Assembly (NCBI GenBank): GCA_963701285.1
Contig: OY969584.1
Coordinates: 1,979,877 to 2,043,876, forward strand
Reading direction: 5' to 3'
DNA length: 64,000 nucleotides
Source of the DNA: an uncultured Chloroflexia bacterium
GTDB taxonomy: Bacteria; Chloroflexota; Dehalococcoidia; SM23-28-2
Part shown: positions 29,724 to 39,427 of the stretch, piece by piece
How the letters are laid out: each line of letters opens with the position of its first letter
Position numbering within the stretch: the first letter of the stretch is position 1
The notes under the pieces: model-generated
Seen by the model: the letters and a program-made list of their open reading frames with translations, nothing else
What the model was told of the DNA's origin: nothing
Databases searched by the model: none
Translations under genes and position numbers: made by a program

Positions 29724-29977
29724 TCTTCCCCATCTCCTTTCTGCTTTGAACTTGTCGAACAAGTTGGTGATTTTCGCTCAGACTGAGGGCATTCTACAAT
29801 AGGGCCTTCAGCCCTTCAACCGGCTGGGGGCCCCCGATCGCCCGGGAGCGGTTGCGACTGCGCTATTGCCGAGATGATCGATTTGTTGGAAGACAATCGC
29901 GGCGGCTGGAGCCATCCGTCCCATTGCCGACGTGGGGCCGCCACCGTCGGCGTGGATAACTAACGTGGAAAACCGCC

Positions 29978-30006
29978 TTGACAGAATCAGCCAGCTTATG
30001 TAGGCT
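29978..30006 (+). promoter_or_regulatory. candidate promoter of SRP RNA (TTGACA-N17-TAGGCT)
   Basis: Perfect -35 TTGACA at 29978-29983; -10-like TAGGCT at 30001-30006, immediately upstream of the predicted RNA 5' end. Confidence 0.4.
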
Positions 30007-30013
30007 ATCTTGC

Positions 30014-30284
30014 GGCCGTGCTAGACGGGGAGCTAGCGGTGCCCTGTACCCGCAATCCGCTATAGCGGGGTTGAATTCCCGCTCGAGGTCCTGGCACCGC
30101 AGGGACTGCCCTCGACAAGTAGCGTTGATGACCTGGCCCTGCGCGGCGAGACGCTACAAACCCCGTCAGGTCCGGAAGGAAGCAGCGGTAAGTAGTTAGT
30201 TTCGGGTGCCGCAGGTCTACCTGGTTGGAGCTGGCTGTCGGGAGCAAGCCTGCGGGCTGGATCGACAGCGGGTGCACGGCCGCT
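30014..30284 (+). ncRNA. ffs: signal recognition particle RNA, long (Bacillus-type, ~270 nt) form
   Basis: Contains the universally conserved domain IV sequence GUCAGGUCCGGAAGGAAGCAGC (30164-30185). 5' ggccgtgc pairs with 3' gcacggcc. Sits in a 560-bp gap with no convincing ORF. Confidence 0.75.
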
Positions 30285-30321
30285 CTATCCAGGGCACCAG
30301 CGCCCAACTGAATAGAGGAAG

Positions 30322-31521
30322 GTGTTGCCCGCAAAGCCGTCCCGGGCGCCTCTCCTCCTATTGGAGAAGGAGGTGCCCCTCGGAAGACTTCACGGTGCCA
30401 AGCTCTCGATAGGCCCCTTTCTTCATTCCCGCCGCGTCCTCCATGTCTCGCTTATCGCGCTGGTGGCGGCGGGTGCCTTGCTGTCCACCGCGCTCGGCGC
30501 CGTGGGTCCGCGCTCTTCGCCCGATACCGCTTCGCTAGCAGCTAACGATAGCCTTTTGGCCTACACCGATGGCCCGCTCGCCGTAGCCGCGGCGGCGACC
30601 GCCACGACAGTCGACAGCATCCCGATCACCGTCCACCAGGATGGCCTGGTGATCGACACGACGGCCGCCGCCCCCACGGTGGGCGACGCACTGGCTCAGA
30701 AAGGCATCGTGGTCAGCCGGGGCGACTACGTCTTCCCGGATGGCGCCTCACCTCTCAGCGCAGGCACCAACATCTACATCTACCACGCCAATGATGTCTC
30801 TCTTGTGGTCGACGGTCAGTCGGCCAAGACCCGCACCCGTCAGCCGACCGTGGCCGGCCTTCTGTCGGAGGCAGGCGTGAGTGTGGGACCCGCCGATCGC
30901 GTCGAGCCGCCGCCGGACGCACCGCTGACGGAAGACACGACCGTCCGCGTGGTGCGAGTACGGGAAGGGACCGACACCGTCGAGGAGACGGTCTCCAGGG
31001 AGGTCGTGTACCGCGACAATCCCGATATGGACCAGGGCCAGTCTGTTGTCCTGCAGCCGGGCGCCGACGGCCTCATCCGTCGTTCGTACCGGGTGGTCTA
31101 CGAAGACGGCCAGGAGGCGAAGCGCGAGCTTCTGGACCAATCTACCGTGCCGTCGCAGCCGAAGATCGTCGCCCAGGGTACGCGGGTGGTGAAGGTGGTG
31201 CCCACGCCCGCCGGGCCCCTTCGCTATCGTCAGTCTCTGAAGGTCTACGCCACCTGGTACAACCCGGCCAGCGCCGGCCGCCCGCCGGAAAGCCCCTGGT
31301 ACGGCCTCGCCGCCACCGGCGTGCAGGTCCACCGAGGCATCGTGGCCGTGGACCCGTCCGTCATTCCTCTCGGCTCGCGCATCTACGTCCCCGGCTACGG
31401 TGAGGCCGTGGCCGCCGACACAGGCTACGCCGTGGTCGGCAACATCATCGACCTCGGCTTCGCCGACTACGAAGTGCCCGACTGGAGCAGCGGCTGGGTG
31501 GAGGTCTACATCCTGCAGTAG
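30322..31521 (+). CDS. YabE-like cell-wall protein with C-terminal 3D domain (start uncertain)
   Basis: N-terminal TM anchor, DUF348/G5-like repeats, C-terminal 3D domain (...VYATWYNPASAGRP...GIVAVDPSVIPLGSRIYVPGYGEAVAADTGYAVVGNIIDLGF). Only GTG/TTG starts are available after ffs. Confidence 0.7.
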   Translation: MLPAKPSRAPLLLLEKEVPLGRLHGAKLSIGPFLHSRRVLHVSLIALVAAGALLSTALGAVGPRSSPDTASLAANDSLLAYTDGPLAVAAAATATTVDSIPITVHQDGLVIDTTAAAPTVGDALAQKGIVVSRGDYVFPDGASPLSAGTNIYIYHANDVSLVVDGQSAKTRTRQPTVAGLLSEAGVSVGPADRVEPPPDAPLTEDTTVRVVRVREGTDTVEETVSREVVYRDNPDMDQGQSVVLQPGADGLIRRSYRVVYEDGQEAKRELLDQSTVPSQPKIVAQGTRVVKVVPTPAGPLRYRQSLKVYATWYNPASAGRPPESPWYGLAATGVQVHRGIVAVDPSVIPLGSRIYVPGYGEAVAADTGYAVVGNIIDLGFADYEVPDWSSGWVEVYILQ

Positions 31522-31553
31522 CTACCGCGGCGGCCCAGCGGTATCATGGGCGT

Positions 31554-32414
31554 ATGACGCCAGGGCAGCCGACGCAGCTGGTGGAAACCCAGATCACAAT
31601 CCCGACCGTTGCGCCTCGCCGGCCCCGCAAGCGGCTGGGCCAGCACTTCCTGACCGATCGCCGCACCCTCCAGCGCATCGTTGCCGCTGCTCACCTTTCT
31701 CCCACCGATACGGTCGTCGAGGTGGGCGCCGGCCGTGGCGTCCTCACCCAAGCCCTGGCCCAGGCGGCGGGCCGCGTCATCGCCGTGGAGATAGACGAGG
31801 GCCTTTGCGAGCAAGTCCGTCGTCGCCTGGCGTCCTACCCTAACGCGGCCATCGTTTGCGGCGACATCCTCACTCTGCCGCCGGAGGAACTACTGGCTCG
31901 CACCGGAGCTGCCGAGCCCTACGTCGTCGTGGCCAACCTGCCCTACTACATCGCCTCCGCGGTGCTCCGTGGCTTCCTGGAGGCGAAGGCGCAGCCCCGG
32001 CGCCTCATCGTGACGGTTCAGGCGGAGGTGGCCGAGAGCATGGCGGCGGCGCCGGGCCACATGCGCCTGCTCAGTGTTGCTACCCAGTTCTATGCCTCGC
32101 CGCGCATCCTCTTCTACGTGCCGCCGCGGGCTTTCCGGCCGCCGCCCAAAGTGCGCTCCGCCGTCGTCGAGCTGGAGGTGCGTCCCCAGCCGGCAGTCGT
32201 GGTGGACGACCGCCAGGCCTTCTTTCGCCTGGTGCGGGCCGGTTTCGCCGCGCCGCGCAAACAGCTCCGCAACGTCCTGGCCCTAGGCCTGGCGATCGAG
32301 CCGCCGGCCGCGGCGGCCCTGCTGTCGGCGGCGGCCATCGAGCCGCAGCGCCGCCCCCAGACGCTAACCATCGAGGAGTGGGCCAGCCTGTACGAGGCCT
32401 GGCGACAACGATGA
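31554..32414 (+). CDS. rsmA: 16S rRNA (adenine1518/1519-N6)-dimethyltransferase
   Basis: 286 aa; RKRLGQHFLTDRRTLQRIV, VVEVGAGRGVLTQAL and NLPYYI motifs; KsgA family. Confidence 0.9.
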   Translation: MTPGQPTQLVETQITIPTVAPRRPRKRLGQHFLTDRRTLQRIVAAAHLSPTDTVVEVGAGRGVLTQALAQAAGRVIAVEIDEGLCEQVRRRLASYPNAAIVCGDILTLPPEELLARTGAAEPYVVVANLPYYIASAVLRGFLEAKAQPRRLIVTVQAEVAESMAAAPGHMRLLSVATQFYASPRILFYVPPRAFRPPPKVRSAVVELEVRPQPAVVVDDRQAFFRLVRAGFAAPRKQLRNVLALGLAIEPPAAAALLSAAAIEPQRRPQTLTIEEWASLYEAWRQR

Positions 32415-33307
32415 GCGGCCTTTGCCTGCGAGCCACGGCCTGCGCCAAGATAAACTGGCTGCTGGAGGTGCTTCACCGCCGGCCGGACGGTTATCATGAG
32501 GTGAGGACCGTCATCCAGACCATCGCCCTGTGCGATACGCTGGAGTTGCATCAGGCGCCGGACCTGAGTCTCGAGGCGGAGGGCGACGGGCTGCCGCCAA
32601 CGGAGGAGAACCTAGTGATGAAGGCGGCCCGCCTTCTCTGGGAGCAGGCGGCCGGCCTGGCGGGGGCACGGCTGCGCCTGCGGAAGGCCATTCCGGTGGC
32701 TGCCGGCCTGGGCGGCGGCAGCAGCGACGCCGCCGCCGCTCTGCGCGGCCTGAACGAGCTGTGGGGACTGGGCCTGCCCAGCCAGGCGCTGGAGCAGATG
32801 GCCGCCAAGCTGGGCTCTGACGTGCCCTTCTTCATCCGCGGCGGCACCGCCCTGGCCGAGGGCCGCGGCGAACGGATTACGCCTCTTCCCGACGCTCCAA
32901 AGAGGGAGCTGCTCATCGTGGTGCCGCCCCTGACCTTGCACAGCAAGACGCAGCGGATGTACGCCCTCCTTACGTCGGCCGACTACACGGACGGCTCGGC
33001 GGTGGATCGCCTGGTGGACGCCGTTCGCAGGGGAACGGCGATGGAGGATAGCCACCTGTTCAACGTCTTCGACGGGCCGGCCTTCCGGGCCTTCCCCGAG
33101 CTGGCGCGCCTTCGCGAGGCGCTCTTGGCGGCGGGGGCTAGCGCTGTCCACCTGGCCGGCAGCGGCCCCGCCCTGTTTGCCCTGGCCGACGATGCGGCGA
33201 CTAGAGAGCGCATCACGCGCGCCGCCGGCGAGGCCGGGGCCAAGGCCTTCGTCACGGCCAGCGCGCCCGCCGCCGAGACGGTGGCCCTGAAACTTTCGGC
33301 GGGATAG
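32411..33307 (+). CDS. ispE: 4-diphosphocytidyl-2-C-methyl-D-erythritol kinase
   Basis: 298 aa from ATG 32411 (ATGA overlap with the rsmA stop). AKINWLLEV..., GHMP kinase motif PVAAGLGGGSSDAAA. The track ORF is N-extended out of context. Confidence 0.9.
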   Translation: MSGLCLRATACAKINWLLEVLHRRPDGYHEVRTVIQTIALCDTLELHQAPDLSLEAEGDGLPPTEENLVMKAARLLWEQAAGLAGARLRLRKAIPVAAGLGGGSSDAAAALRGLNELWGLGLPSQALEQMAAKLGSDVPFFIRGGTALAEGRGERITPLPDAPKRELLIVVPPLTLHSKTQRMYALLTSADYTDGSAVDRLVDAVRRGTAMEDSHLFNVFDGPAFRAFPELARLREALLAAGASAVHLAGSGPALFALADDAATRERITRAAGEAGAKAFVTASAPAAETVALKLSAG

Positions 33308-33311
33308 CACC

Positions 33312-33731
33312 ATGGTCGAGGTTTTCGCCGGCTTCGTCTGCGGGTATGCGGTGGCGCTGGTGTTCACGCCCGTCGCCGCCCTGATGGTTGTCGATGCCCG
33401 CAGCCGAATCCCCTATCTGGCCAAGGCCATCGCTCCCAACGTCTCCGCCGTTGCCCTTGCCGTGCCGATATCGCTGCTCGGCTTCTTGGTCTGGACGGCC
33501 GTCGGCATGGTCCTGGGCCTCCTCTATCGCGGCGCCGAGCGGAATGTCCCTGATGGCGGTCTGGGCAGTCCCAATCTCCTGTACACCGCTCTCGTCCTCG
33601 GTTTCGGCGGTTCGGCGGTGCTTCTCACCGCGCTGGGCTTCCGGCGCCTGCGTTGGCCGGTGCTGATCCTGGGCGCCGCCATCGTAGGAACGTTCGGCTG
33701 GGCGATGCCCTACCTGGCCCAGGCCGGATAG
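33312..33731 (+). CDS. hypothetical 4-TM membrane protein
   Basis: 139 aa with four hydrophobic helices; starts 5 nt after ispE. No family recognised. Confidence 0.5.
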   Translation: MVEVFAGFVCGYAVALVFTPVAALMVVDARSRIPYLAKAIAPNVSAVALAVPISLLGFLVWTAVGMVLGLLYRGAERNVPDGGLGSPNLLYTALVLGFGGSAVLLTALGFRRLRWPVLILGAAIVGTFGWAMPYLAQAG

Positions 33732-33828
33732 CGCAGAGTCGCGGAAGGCTTGAGCCTTCCCCTGCAGGCCTGAAGGCCTCCGCTACATATGCTAGACTGG
33801 TTCCGCACCCTGAGAAGGGCCACCAGCT

Positions 33829-34551
33829 ATGGCTGACTTCATCGTCGACATGCACGTCCATACGGTGAAAGGGGCCTCCGACAGCAGCCTGACGCCGGAC
33901 GAGCTCACGGAGGAGGCCCGCCGCATCGGTCTGCACGGCGTGAACATCAGCGAGCACGACCGCCTGTGGGAGGCCTTGGAGATCGAGCGCTTCCGCCAGG
34001 AGAGCGCCCTCTTCGCCGCGCGGGCGATGGAGGTGACCACCGACCTGGCCCACATCATCGTCGTCGGGCTGGAGCGCTACGTGGCCGGCATCCACAAGGC
34101 CGCGGATCTGCGGCGGGCGGTGACGGAGGCGGGCGGGTTCATGTGGGTGGCCCACCCCTTTCGCCATTTCTTCGACCCCGTCCACACCCTCCGCGAAGGG
34201 CGTGAGCCACCCAACCTCACCCCCGAGGAGGCAACCCGCCTGCCCATCTTCGCACTGGTGGACGAGCTCGAGGTGGCCAACGGCGGCTGCACCGCGCGGG
34301 AGAACTACTTCGCCCTCACGGTGGCCCGCATTCTGGGCAAGCGCGGCATCGGCTGTAGCGATGCGCATTCCACCCACGGCCTCGGCTGCTTCGTGACCAT
34401 CTTCCAGCGGCCCCTGGTCGACGAGCGCGACCTCATCGCCGAACTGCGGGCCGGCCGCTACTACCCGGCCGAAGGTCTCCGCAGCGGCGGACTGGTCGCC
34501 TTCAGCGAGAGCGCACCCGATATCGACCTTAGTTCCTCCCTGCGCGGCTGA
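33829..34551 (+). CDS. PHP-domain metal-dependent phosphoesterase
   Basis: MADFIVDMHVHTVKGASDS... (PHP motif DMHVHT), further His/Asp motifs (ISEHD, VAHPF, CSDAHS). Confidence 0.75.
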   Translation: MADFIVDMHVHTVKGASDSSLTPDELTEEARRIGLHGVNISEHDRLWEALEIERFRQESALFAARAMEVTTDLAHIIVVGLERYVAGIHKAADLRRAVTEAGGFMWVAHPFRHFFDPVHTLREGREPPNLTPEEATRLPIFALVDELEVANGGCTARENYFALTVARILGKRGIGCSDAHSTHGLGCFVTIFQRPLVDERDLIAELRAGRYYPAEGLRSGGLVAFSESAPDIDLSSSLRG

Positions 34552-34553
34552 AC

Positions 34554-37361
34554 GTGGCCACCTACGTCGCCCTCGACCTGGAGACCACCGGCCTGGACCC
34601 CACCAGTGACGCTATCATCGAGGTAGGGGCGGTGAGGTTCGGGCCGGCCGGCGTGGAGGATACCTTCGTCAGCCTGGTGAACCCGCGGCGAGCCGTGCCC
34701 TACCGCATCCAGATGCTCACCGGCATCGCCCCCGAGGAGCTGGCTCAGGCGCCGCCCCTGGAGACGGTAGCGCCCCGCCTCCAGGAGTTTCTGGTCGACT
34801 ATCCCGTCGTGGGGCAGAACGTGCTGGCCTTCGACCTCCGTTTCCTCGATGCGGCCGACATCCGCCACGGCCCCATTGTCTACGACACCTACGAGCTGGC
34901 CCTCCTCCTCCTGCCCCTGCTCAGGGGACACAGCCTCTCGGCCCTGGCCCGCCATTTCGCCATCCCTCTCCCCAATCACCACCGCGCTCTGCCCGACGCC
35001 GAAACCTCTCGCGAGGTGTTCCTGGCCCTGCGAACTTGGGCGGCTTCGCTGCCGCCGGCTGTCCTGACCGAGGCCGCCCGCCTGGCCAGCGCCACTCACT
35101 GGCCGGGCCGCACCTTCTTGGCCGAGGTCTTGGAGCAATCCGAGCGCGGAGGCCCGGCGCCTGTCAGTGCCGCCAGCGCGCCGGCGCCCCAGCCTCTGGT
35201 GCCCAACGCCCGCCGCCAGCCCGTCGAGCCCTCCGAGGTGGCCGATCTCCTGCGCTCGCTGGGGGCGCGTCCGGACGTCCTGCCAGACTTCGAGGAACGG
35301 CCGGAGCAGCAGGCCATGGCCCGGGCGGTGGCCGAAGTCATCAACGAAGGCGGGCAACTCATCGTCGAGGCGGGCACAGGCATCGGCAAGTCGCTGGCCT
35401 ACCTCCTGCCGGCCGCCTGCTACGCCCTGCGCAACAAAGCGCGCGTCGTCATCTCCACAGCCACCATCAATCTCCAGGACCAGCTCGTCACCAAGGACAT
35501 CCCCGCCGTTCAGTCCGCCATAGGCGCTGGCTCGCCGCCGAGCCAGCCGCCCCTGGCGGCCGCCCAGCTTAAAGGCAGGCGCAACTATCTCTGCCTGCGC
35601 CGTCACCTGGTCGCCCGCCGTGCGCCGTTGGTCTCCGATGACGAGGCGCGTTTCCTCCTCCGCCTGCTCCTCTGGCTCATCCAGACCGAAACCGGCGACC
35701 GTGCCGAGCTGAGGCTGAGCCAGACCGAGGAGGCCCTCTGGCACCGGCTCTCGGCCCAGAACGAGGACTGCCTGGGGAGCGCCTGCCCCTTCGTCGCCGA
35801 CGGGAGCTGCTTCCTGGTGCGGGCGCGCCGCCGAGCGGAGGCGGCCCACCTGGTGGTGGTGAACCACGCCTTGCTCCTGTCCGACGTAGCGGCAGCCGGC
35901 CGCCTCATCCCGCCCTACGAGCACCTCATCCTGGACGAGGCCCACCACCTGGAGGAGCAGGCCACCCGCCAGCTCGGCTTCGAGGCACGCGAAGCGGACC
36001 TGACGGCCTACCTGGACCGCATCCACCGGCGCACGCGCGCCGCTGGCACCGGCCTGGCCGCCGCCGTCCGCCAAAGTGTGCGGGGACTGGCGATGGCGCT
36101 GGGCCCCGCCGGCCACCTCACCGGCCTGGCCGCCGCCCTGACCGAGGCCGCCGACCGCGCCCGCGGCCGCCTGCGCGAGTTCGCCGAGGCCGCCCGCACC
36201 TTTATCCGCCAGCATGCCCAGGAGAGCGGCGACTACGAGCAGCGCCTCCTCTTGACCACCGGCATCCGCGCCCAGCCCGACTGGTCGGCCGTGGAGATGG
36301 CCTGGGAGAACCTGGCCCTGGCTCTGGCCGCCAGCGAGGAGCTCCTGGCGCAGCTGTACTCGGGCCTGGGCGACGCCGAAGGGCTCGGCCTGCTGGGCTA
36401 CGAAGGGCTGCTGGGAGAGACCGCCGCGCTGCTCCAGACGGCGCACCAGCTGCGCCTGGGGATGGCCACCGCCATCCAGCGACACGACCCATCGGCCATC
36501 CAGTGGCTGACGGAGGGCGGCCCGGCGGGCCTGGGCGTGGCCTCGGCGCCCCTGGACGTCGCGCCCCTTCTCCAGGAGCGCCTCTACGCCGACAAGCAGA
36601 GCATCGTCCTCACCAGCGCCACCCTCGCCACCGGCGCTTCCTTCCGCTACGTGCGCCAGCGGTTGGGCCTGGACGACGCCCGCGAGCTGCTCCTGGGCTC
36701 CCCGTTCGACTATCGGCAGGCGGCTCTCATCCTCCTGCCCAGCGGCCTGCCCGAACCGAACCACCGCGACTACCCGCCGATCCTTCAGCGGGCGCTGGCG
36801 GAGCTGTGCCGGGCGAGCCAGGGGCGGGCCCTGGCCCTCTTCACTTCCCACGCCTCCTTGCGAGCAGCCCACGCCGCCATCCGCGGCCCGCTGCGCGAGG
36901 AGGGTATCGCCGTGCTGGGCCAGGGCATCGACGGCACGCCTCAGCAGCTCCTACAAGCGCTGAAACGCAACGCCAAGACCGTAGTCATGGGGACGGCCAG
37001 CTTCTGGGAGGGCGTGGACGTGGTCGGCGAGGCGCTCTCGCTGCTGATCCTGGCTCGACTTCCCTTCAGTGTCCCTAGCGAACCGGTCTTCGCCGCCCGC
37101 TCGGCCCAGTTCGAAGACCCCTTCCACGAGTACGCCCTCCCCCAGGCAGTGCTGCGCTTCAAGCAGGGCTTCGGCCGCCTCATCCGCAGTAAGACCGACC
37201 GAGGTGTGGTGGTGGTGCTGGACCGCCGCATCAGGAGCAAGGCCTACGGCCGCGCGTTCCTGGAGGCGCTGCCGCCCTGTCAGGTGGAGGAGGTGCCGAT
37301 GGACGAACTGCCGCGGCGGGTGGCCGATTGGCTCAGGCAGAAGGGCGACGGTGGCGGCTAA
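34554..37361 (+). CDS. dinG: DnaQ-like 3'-5' exonuclease fused to DinG-family ATP-dependent helicase
   Basis: 935 aa. GTG start 3 nt after the PHP gene. N-terminus VALDLETTGLDP (Exo I motif); helicase motif I GTGIGKSLAYLLPA, DEAHHLEE, and C-terminal helicase motifs. Confidence 0.85.
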   Translation: MATYVALDLETTGLDPTSDAIIEVGAVRFGPAGVEDTFVSLVNPRRAVPYRIQMLTGIAPEELAQAPPLETVAPRLQEFLVDYPVVGQNVLAFDLRFLDAADIRHGPIVYDTYELALLLLPLLRGHSLSALARHFAIPLPNHHRALPDAETSREVFLALRTWAASLPPAVLTEAARLASATHWPGRTFLAEVLEQSERGGPAPVSAASAPAPQPLVPNARRQPVEPSEVADLLRSLGARPDVLPDFEERPEQQAMARAVAEVINEGGQLIVEAGTGIGKSLAYLLPAACYALRNKARVVISTATINLQDQLVTKDIPAVQSAIGAGSPPSQPPLAAAQLKGRRNYLCLRRHLVARRAPLVSDDEARFLLRLLLWLIQTETGDRAELRLSQTEEALWHRLSAQNEDCLGSACPFVADGSCFLVRARRRAEAAHLVVVNHALLLSDVAAAGRLIPPYEHLILDEAHHLEEQATRQLGFEAREADLTAYLDRIHRRTRAAGTGLAAAVRQSVRGLAMALGPAGHLTGLAAALTEAADRARGRLREFAEAARTFIRQHAQESGDYEQRLLLTTGIRAQPDWSAVEMAWENLALALAASEELLAQLYSGLGDAEGLGLLGYEGLLGETAALLQTAHQLRLGMATAIQRHDPSAIQWLTEGGPAGLGVASAPLDVAPLLQERLYADKQSIVLTSATLATGASFRYVRQRLGLDDARELLLGSPFDYRQAALILLPSGLPEPNHRDYPPILQRALAELCRASQGRALALFTSHASLRAAHAAIRGPLREEGIAVLGQGIDGTPQQLLQALKRNAKTVVMGTASFWEGVDVVGEALSLLILARLPFSVPSEPVFAARSAQFEDPFHEYALPQAVLRFKQGFGRLIRSKTDRGVVVVLDRRIRSKAYGRAFLEALPPCQVEEVPMDELPRRVADWLRQKGDGGG

Positions 37362-37818
37362 GCTCTCGGCGACCTTCGTCGCGACGCCGGCTGTGCTTCG
37401 ACCGCTGCGCGACGGCGACAGCGACGCCATCGCCCGCTGGTACGGCAAGGCGATGATGTTGGCGGGCTCGCCCGTCCCTCTAAGCTCCCTCCTCGACTTC
37501 ACCGGCCGTCGGCGAACCCTAACCCTGACAGACGGCACGAGACAGGAGCCGGTGGGCCTGATGGCGATGGCCGTCGACGACCCCGAGCCCGGCTGGGCTA
37601 CGATCGCCTTCCTCGCCATCGCCGGGCAGGACCGGCGCGATCTGGCCGCCCGGGCCATCGCCACCCTGGAGGCATCCGTCCAGGGTCAAGCGAGACACAT
37701 TCGGGCCGCCGTGCCGCCGGACGTGGGCCTGGCGCTCTACTTCTGGTTGAGGCTGGGCTACCGGCCAACCGCAGCGCCAGAGGACGGCCACTTGTGGATG
37801 GTACGGGACCTGGACTGA
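37351..37818 (+). CDS. putative GNAT-family acetyltransferase (start uncertain)
   Basis: Only the part downstream of the dinG stop is plausible. GNAT-like beta4 / motif A (GWATIAFLAIAGQDRRDLAARAIATLE...LALYFWLRLGYRP). GTG at 37351 overlaps the dinG end. Confidence 0.4.
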   Translation: MAAKLSATFVATPAVLRPLRDGDSDAIARWYGKAMMLAGSPVPLSSLLDFTGRRRTLTLTDGTRQEPVGLMAMAVDDPEPGWATIAFLAIAGQDRRDLAARAIATLEASVQGQARHIRAAVPPDVGLALYFWLRLGYRPTAAPEDGHLWMVRDLD

Positions 37819-37832
37819 CAGGGAGAGAAGCC

Positions 37833-39182
37833 ATGCAGGACATCTTCCGCTATATCGAGCAGCACCAGGACGAGGCCATCCAGCAGCTCAGCCGCCTGGT
37901 GCGCCTGCCCAGTGTCAGCGCCCAGGGCCAGGCCATCCCCGAGACGGGCGAGCTGATCCGGAGCATGCTCGAGGAACTCGGCTTCCGGGCGGAGCTCGCG
38001 CCCAAGCGGGGCGGCAACGCCGTCGTCCTGGCCGAGCTGTCCGGCGCCGCGGCCAGGACCCTCCTCTTCTACAACCACTACGACATCCAGCCCGTCGAGC
38101 CCCTTGAGCTCTGGTCGTCGCCCCCCTTCGAGGTCGCCATCCGCGAGGGCAAGGTCTACGGCCGAGGTGTCTCCGATAACAAGGGGAACATCGCCGCCCG
38201 CCTGGCCGCCATCCGCGCCTTCCAGGCCGTGCGCGGGCAGGTGCCGGTCAACGTCAAGTTCTGCATCGAAGGGGACGAGGAGATCGGCAGTCCTGCCATG
38301 GAGCCCTTCGTGGCGGAGCACGCCGACCGCCTGGCCGCCGACGCCTGCATCTGGGAGGGCAGCGGCGTCAACTGGCAGGGCCAGCCCCAGATCACGCTGG
38401 GTGTGAAGGGCCTCCTCTACGTCGACCTGGTGGTCAAGTGCGCCAACCGCGACGCCCACTCGTCCTACGCCACCGTCGTGCCCAACGCGGCCTGGCGCCT
38501 GGTCTGGGCCCTAGCCAGCCTCAAGGACGCCGACGACAACATCCTGGTCGATGGCGTGTACGAGAGCGTGCGCCCGCCAACGGCGCTGGAGCGAGCGGCG
38601 CTGGAGGCCATCCCCGCCGAGGAGGACCACACAGCCGAGAGCCTGGGACTGACGCGCTTCGTCAAGGGCGTCCGCGGTCTCGACTACCGCCTGCGCCACC
38701 TGCTGGAGCCCACCTGCAACATCGACGGCCTCAGCGCCGGCTACGAGGGAAGCGGCCCGAAGACGGTCATACCCAGCCAGGCCACCGCCAAGCTGGACTT
38801 CCGCCTGGTGCCCAACCAGACGCCCGACGAGGTCCTGGCCAAGCTGCGCCGCCATCTCGACGCTCACGGCCTCGGGGACATCGAGGTGCACCGCGTGTCA
38901 GCGGAGCTGCCGGCCCGCACGCCCATCGACCATCCCTTCGTGGATGTGGTGCGAGAGGCGGCCCGTCAAGCGTACGGTGTCGAGCCTGTGGTCAGCCCCA
39001 GCGCGGCCGGCACCGGCCCCCTGCATCCCTTCGTCGACACACTAGGCCTACCCACGGCCGACTGCGGCGTCGGCTATCCGGACTCGCGGATCCACGCCCC
39101 GGACGAGAACATCCGCCTGACGGACTTCGTCCGGGGCGCCCAACACATAGCGGCCATCTTGGACCGCTTCGCCGCCGGCTAG
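37833..39182 (+). CDS. M20-family metallopeptidase / dipeptidase
   Basis: 449 aa from ATG 37833 with GGGAGAG upstream. M20 metal-ligand motifs (HYD, GVSDNKG, EGDEEIGS). Confidence 0.85.
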   Translation: MQDIFRYIEQHQDEAIQQLSRLVRLPSVSAQGQAIPETGELIRSMLEELGFRAELAPKRGGNAVVLAELSGAAARTLLFYNHYDIQPVEPLELWSSPPFEVAIREGKVYGRGVSDNKGNIAARLAAIRAFQAVRGQVPVNVKFCIEGDEEIGSPAMEPFVAEHADRLAADACIWEGSGVNWQGQPQITLGVKGLLYVDLVVKCANRDAHSSYATVVPNAAWRLVWALASLKDADDNILVDGVYESVRPPTALERAALEAIPAEEDHTAESLGLTRFVKGVRGLDYRLRHLLEPTCNIDGLSAGYEGSGPKTVIPSQATAKLDFRLVPNQTPDEVLAKLRRHLDAHGLGDIEVHRVSAELPARTPIDHPFVDVVREAARQAYGVEPVVSPSAAGTGPLHPFVDTLGLPTADCGVGYPDSRIHAPDENIRLTDFVRGAQHIAAILDRFAAG

Positions 39183-39427
39183 TGCTCGACGCCGAGAGGC
39201 GGCTCCTCCTCGCCGGGGAACGGTTCGCCCTGCAGACAGGCCTGACAGGCGTACTCCAGCGCCATGTAGGCCTCGTTGACCCAGACCCGGCCGCAGTCCT
39301 TGCCCGGCTGGTCTTGCCGCAGGGCCAGGTGGAACCGTAGGCCGCAGTTGTTGCAGATCGCCGAGTTCGTGTCGTCGGCAGGCTCGCCGCAGACCCGGCA
39401 CACCGGCGGCGGCTCCGGCCACGTCAT
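39179..39427 (-). CDS. small zinc-ribbon protein (82 aa, CxxC-N11-CxxC ... CxxC)
   Basis: MTWPEPPPVCRVCGEPADDTNSAICNNCGLRF...YACQACLQ. Its start overlaps the cca stop (ATGA), implying translational coupling. Confidence 0.45.
   Translation of the reverse strand: MTWPEPPPVCRVCGEPADDTNSAICNNCGLRFHLALRQDQPGKDCGRVWVNEAYMALEYACQACLQGEPFPGEEEPPLGVEH

Noticed and set aside
31856-32410. N-terminal extension of ispE (track ORF 31856..33307)
   Set aside because: It overlaps rsmA in another frame. IspE homology starts at ATG 32411, which overlaps the rsmA stop.
37069-37350. Upstream part of track ORF 37069..37818
   Set aside because: It overlaps the dinG C-terminus out of frame. Only the portion after the dinG stop shows an acetyltransferase-like pattern.
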